Below the pieces are notes generated by a model, which was not told where the DNA came from, made no database searches, and saw nothing but the letters and a program-made list of their open reading frames with translations. A stretch of DNA of 64,000 nt, from positions 1,827-65,826 of the forward strand of contig JAUCBJ010000459.1 of assembly GCA_032718475.1 (NCBI GenBank), in the 5' to 3' direction. Positions within the stretch are counted from its first letter, which is position 1; every line of letters starts with the position of its first letter. The stretch is from Nemertoderma westbladi. Its lineage: Eukaryota > Animalia > Xenacoelomorpha. Position numbers and translations under genes: made by a program. This document shows, piece by piece, positions 59,285-64,000 of this stretch.

Positions 59285-61647
59285 TAAGAAACCGAGAATG
59301 TACTCTCTATAGCCGAGTAGGGGCACTTATTTCCCGACCCCAAACAATGTATATAATCATGGCCCTCTACCCGATGCAATGTACGCGTACGTACCCTTAT
59401 GTTGGGAGGTCTATTTGCTAGCGGTTTGCTATATCGTTGCGAACGCTCGTTGCGAGTTAAGTTTATTGCTGCAGCGCATTGTTTCCAGAAATGTGTAAGT
59501 AATGTGTTCCACTATCGTTTTATACATGTCCGTTTCATGGGGTGAGAGTGGTTGCACTTATTTTATACAATATCGGCAATCATCGACATAGGCTAATTGT
59601 GCGTAACTGTTAACTGTTTTCAATACTTTCAAAGTGTCCAACCCCGACACAAAATTACATTATTTCTACCTGGGTATTAGATTGTCGAAAGGCCAAATCC
59701 TTCCTATCTCATGCTGTGGGTATATACAAAATTATTATAATGATTGAATTTATTATAAAGCCATTTTGTCTTTTTATGAGATGAGATAGACACCTTATCA
59801 ATAATATTACCTTGCTATTGATTTGTTAATTAATATAATTATATAAGACATGCGGTAATGCTTACTATGAATGATACATGCCATTATGCATTCGTAAGGC
59901 AGACAATACGTTCTAATTAGTTTACTAACCATACTATACAAACTGAGAAAGTGCTGCGCACGCTACGCTGACTATTCCCCTCCCCCTCAACCCAACCACC
60001 ACCCCAAGGTCGCTCCGGTCGCTCCACTCCCTCCGCTCCACTATTCCAATCGCATTCCCGAGTCAATTGAAAAAATATATAATTTTATATTTCAAGATTA
60101 TAGGTAAAGTTGTATGTATTGACAAAACTACTGAACGTATTGCAAATCTGAATACAGCTTTAGAACGGCATTGCATAGGCGAACATTTCTTGCACTGAAA
60201 GTTTTTTCATATCTGTTATAGTTTTCGCAACAGTCAGACATGAGCGACGGTTACATCGAATATTTACAGTAAAGTCTGATTTTACCGGTAGCTGTCATCC
60301 GCAATATGGATTATGATACATCGTCAGAAGTGGGTCATCAAACTGTACATTCACATTTTTTCAAAAACAAAATTCGATGATCGGTTCTCGAGTTATCGTC
60401 AAATTACGGAAAGCTGACTTTGGAGGACCATATCTCCGGAACCGGTAGGCCTATTGAGTCAGAATCCATTTTAATCTACTTGAAACACTCCAGTAAATGT
60501 TTTTTAATTTGAAAGTTTCATTCTAAAATGCTTAGAAATAATTTTACCAAAGTCCGATCTTTCGATCATATTGTAGACCAGTTTTGACCTTGAAGAATTA
60601 AGTTTTTTTGAAATTTTGTTTGACCTACCCCCCCTAAGTCGATGATGAGGAACATTTTTGCTGTGTTACACTTTTCGATAGGGTCACTCCTTCTGCGTCC
60701 GATTTTCAAAAAAACACGATCTTTGTACGATCGGCCATATATCGACCTGATCAAATTGCTTTTTGAAAATTTCGAAATGCACAAAAGTTGCCCCTTACTC
60801 AGAGCTATCGATTAATAAAATAAAATTGGGGGGTCAAGCCTTTCGTTTATGAGTTATTTAGAAAAAACTGAAAAATATGATCTTTTACGATCAGGGCCAG
60901 ATCAGGCACTTCTATTGCAGTTGATGGAATATCCTTCGTATGGGAGGTACTCCTAACATTGTTCTATCGAATTATAAAAAAAAAATCGGGGGTCAAGCCT
61001 TTCGTTCTCGAGTTATTCGAGTTACCGTAACCTGACCTTTTGATCATTTACGGGATCTTCGGGAGCCCTTTTGACCCCCTAGAATTCAACTTTTTTATGC
61101 CCATCTTTTGGCTACCCCCCCTAAGTCGATAGTGCTGAACATTTTTGTAATACTTCATTTTTCCATACGGGCAATTCCTGAGTGTCCGATTTTTGATCAA
61201 AACTGATCTTTGCAGATCACTCAAAAACGAGACGGGAAACCCCCATTTTTTATGGCACTTTTCAATACAAACATATATATTTTACGTCTAATGGCAAAGT
61301 TTCAAAAAAATCTGAACGGTGGAAATTGGAAATGTAACCGTTTTCCACCATTTCCGCTTTTTTCGACTTTGACGGACAATATCTCGAGAACCGTTGGTCG
61401 TACGGAAAAATTTTCAATCACAAAAATGATCGGAATTAAATTTTGAGGGGGGGTATAGGAACATCTTATTGGAAGATTTCGCCTCCTTGTGCCATAAACT
61501 GCACACCTCTCTAAAAAAGGCTATCGTTAGATCACGACTATGCGTTCAAGACTAGGTGCGGACAAGTGGGATTGTCCGAGTGGGTGGTATGGTGTTAGTT
61601 AGTACTACGTACAGAGAAACCTGTGTTTCTGAGCCCAAGACATCCAG
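59285..61647 (-). mobile_element. 2363-bp non-autonomous member of a diverged subfamily (J6-J7)
   Basis: Bounded by CATCCAG|TAAG; TACTC-TCTATAGCC-GAGTA at 59301-59319; GTAC-TAC-GTAC at 61602-61612; module block homologous to the 467-bp family. Confidence 0.75.
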
Positions 61648-64000
61648 TAAGAAACCGAGAATGTACTCTCTATAGCCGAGTAGGGGCACTTATTTCCCGA
61701 CCCCAAACAATGTATATAATCATGGCCCTCTACCCGATGCAATGTACGCGTACGTACCCTTATGTTGGGAGGTCTATTTGCTAGCGGTTTGCTATATCGT
61801 TGCGAACGCTCGTTGCGAGTTAAGTTTATTGCTGCAGCGCATTGTTTCCAGAAATGTGTAAGTAATGTGTTCCACTATCGTTTTATACATGTCCGTTTCA
61901 TGGGGTGAGAGTGGTTGCACTTATTTTATACAATATCGGCAATCATCGACATAGGCTAATTGTGCGTAACTGTTAACTGTTTTCAATACTTTCAAAGTGT
62001 CCAACCCCGACACAAAATTACATTATTTCTACCTGGGTATTAGATTGTCGAAAGGCCAAATCCTTCCTATCTCATGCTGTGGGTATATACAAAATTATTA
62101 TAATGATTGAATTTATTATAAAGCCATTTTGTCTTTTTATGAGATGAGATAGACACCTTATCAATAATATTACCTTGCTATTGATTTGTTAATTAATATA
62201 ATTATATAAGACATGCGGTAATGCTTACTATGAATGATACATGCCATTATGCATTCGTAAGGCAGACAATACGTTCTAATTAGTTTACTAACCATACTAT
62301 ACAAACTGAGAAAGTGCTGCGCACGCTACGCTGACTATTCCCCTCCCCCTCAACCCAACCACCACCCCAAGGTCGCTCCGGTCGCTCCACTCCCTCCGCT
62401 CCACTATTCCAATCGCATTCCCGAGTCAATTGAAAAAATATATAATTTTATATTTCAAGATTATAGGTAAAGTTGTATGTATTGACAAAACTACTGAACG
62501 TATTGCAAATCTGAATACAGCTTTAGAACGGCATTGCATAGGCGAACATTTCTTGCACTGAAAGTTTTTTCATATCTGTTATAGTTTTCGCAATAGTCAG
62601 ACATGAGCGACGGTTACATCGAATATTTACGGTAAAGTCTTTTTTTACCGGTAGCTGTCATCTGCAATATGGATTATGATACATCGTTAGAAGCGGGTCA
62701 TCCAATTGTACATTCACATTTTTTCAAAAACAAAATTCGATCATCGGTTCTCGAGTTATCGTCAAATTACGGAAAGCGGACTTTGGAGGACCATATCTCC
62801 GGTACCAGTAGGCCTATTGAGTCAGAATCCATTTTAATCTACTTGAAACACTCCAGTAAATGTTTTTTAATTTGAAAGTTTCATTCTAAAATGCTTAGAA
62901 ATAATTTTACTAAAGTCCGATCTTTCGATCATATTGTAGACCAGTTTTGACCTTGAACAATTAACTGTTTTTGAAATTTTGTTTGACCTACCCCCCCTAA
63001 GTCGATGACGAGGAACATTTTTGCTGTGTTACACTTTTCAATAGGGTCACTCCTTCTGTGTCCGATTTTCAAAAAAACACGATCTTTGTACGATCGGCCA
63101 TATATCGACCTGATCAAATTGCTTTTTGAAAATTTCGAAATGCACAAAAGTTGCCCCTTGCTCAGAGCTATCGATTAATAAAAAAAATTGGGGGGTCAAT
63201 AGCTCCGTTTTCGAGTTATTTAGAAAAAACCGAAAAATATGACCTTTTACGATCGGGGTCAGATCAGGCACTTCTAATGCATTTGATGGAATTTCCTTCT
63301 TATGGGAAGTACTCCTAAGATTGTTCTATCGAATTATGAAAAAAAAATCGGGGGTCTACAGCTTCGTTCTCGAGTTATTCGAGTTAGCGTAACCTGATCT
63401 TTTGATCATTTGCGGTACCTTCGGGGGCCCTTTTGACCCCCTAGAATTCAACTTTTTTATGCCCAACTTTCGGCTACCCCCCCTAAGTCAATGGTGCTGA
63501 ACATTTTTGTAATACTTCATTTTGCCATACGGGCAATTCCTGAGTGTCCGATTTTTGACCAAAACTGATCTTTGCAGATTACTCAAAAACGAGACGGGAA
63601 ACCCCCATTTTTTATTGCACTTTTCAATACAAACCCATATATTTTACGTCTAATGGCAAAGTTTCAGAAACTTCTCTTAGGCGGAAATTCGAAATGTAAC
63701 CGTTTTCCACCATGTCCGCTTTTTTCGACTTTGACGGACAATATCTCGAGAACCGTTGGTCGTACGAAAAAATTTTCAATCACAAAAATGATCGGAATTA
63801 AATTTTGAGGGGGGGTCTAGGAACATCTTATTGGTCGTTTTCGCCTCCTTGTGCCATAAAGTGAACTCCACTCTAAAAATTGCCATCGTTAAAGAACGAC
63901 TTTGCGTTCAAGACTAGGTGCGGACAAGCGTGGTTGTCCGAGTGGGTGGTATGGTGTTAGTTAGTACTACGTACATAGAACCTGTTGGTTTCTTTGCCCA
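61648..64000 (-). mobile_element. Tandem second copy of the 2363-bp member, ending just beyond the window
   Basis: Colinear with 59285-61647 at offset ~2363; the window ends at ...GTACTACGTAC...TTTGCCCA. Confidence 0.75.

Overview
Eukaryotic (probably invertebrate) repeat-dense DNA with no recognisable host gene. The whole window reads as a head-to-tail array of rolling-circle (Helitron-like) elements, joined at a conserved structured junction GCCC-n3-CATCCAG|TAAG. Junctions end at about 2384, 4870, 5356, 55091, 55581, 59284 and 61647, with one more just past 64000. One member is a ~49.7 kb putatively autonomous copy (5357-55091). It carries a minus-strand spliced gene for a ~2800 aa protein: Zn-knuckle-like N-terminus, OTU protease, Cys-rich region, HUH Y2 Rep, Pif1-like SF1B helicase and an SLX1-like GIY-YIG nuclease, broken by two compensating frameshifts. 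About 32 kb of this copy is satellite DNA, about half of it inside one predicted 16.6 kb intron. The other members (0.49-3.7 kb) are non-coding. They share termini with covarying hairpins and, except for the 0.49 kb units, a sheared-GA ssDNA hairpin. All calls come from reading motifs by eye; no searches were run.
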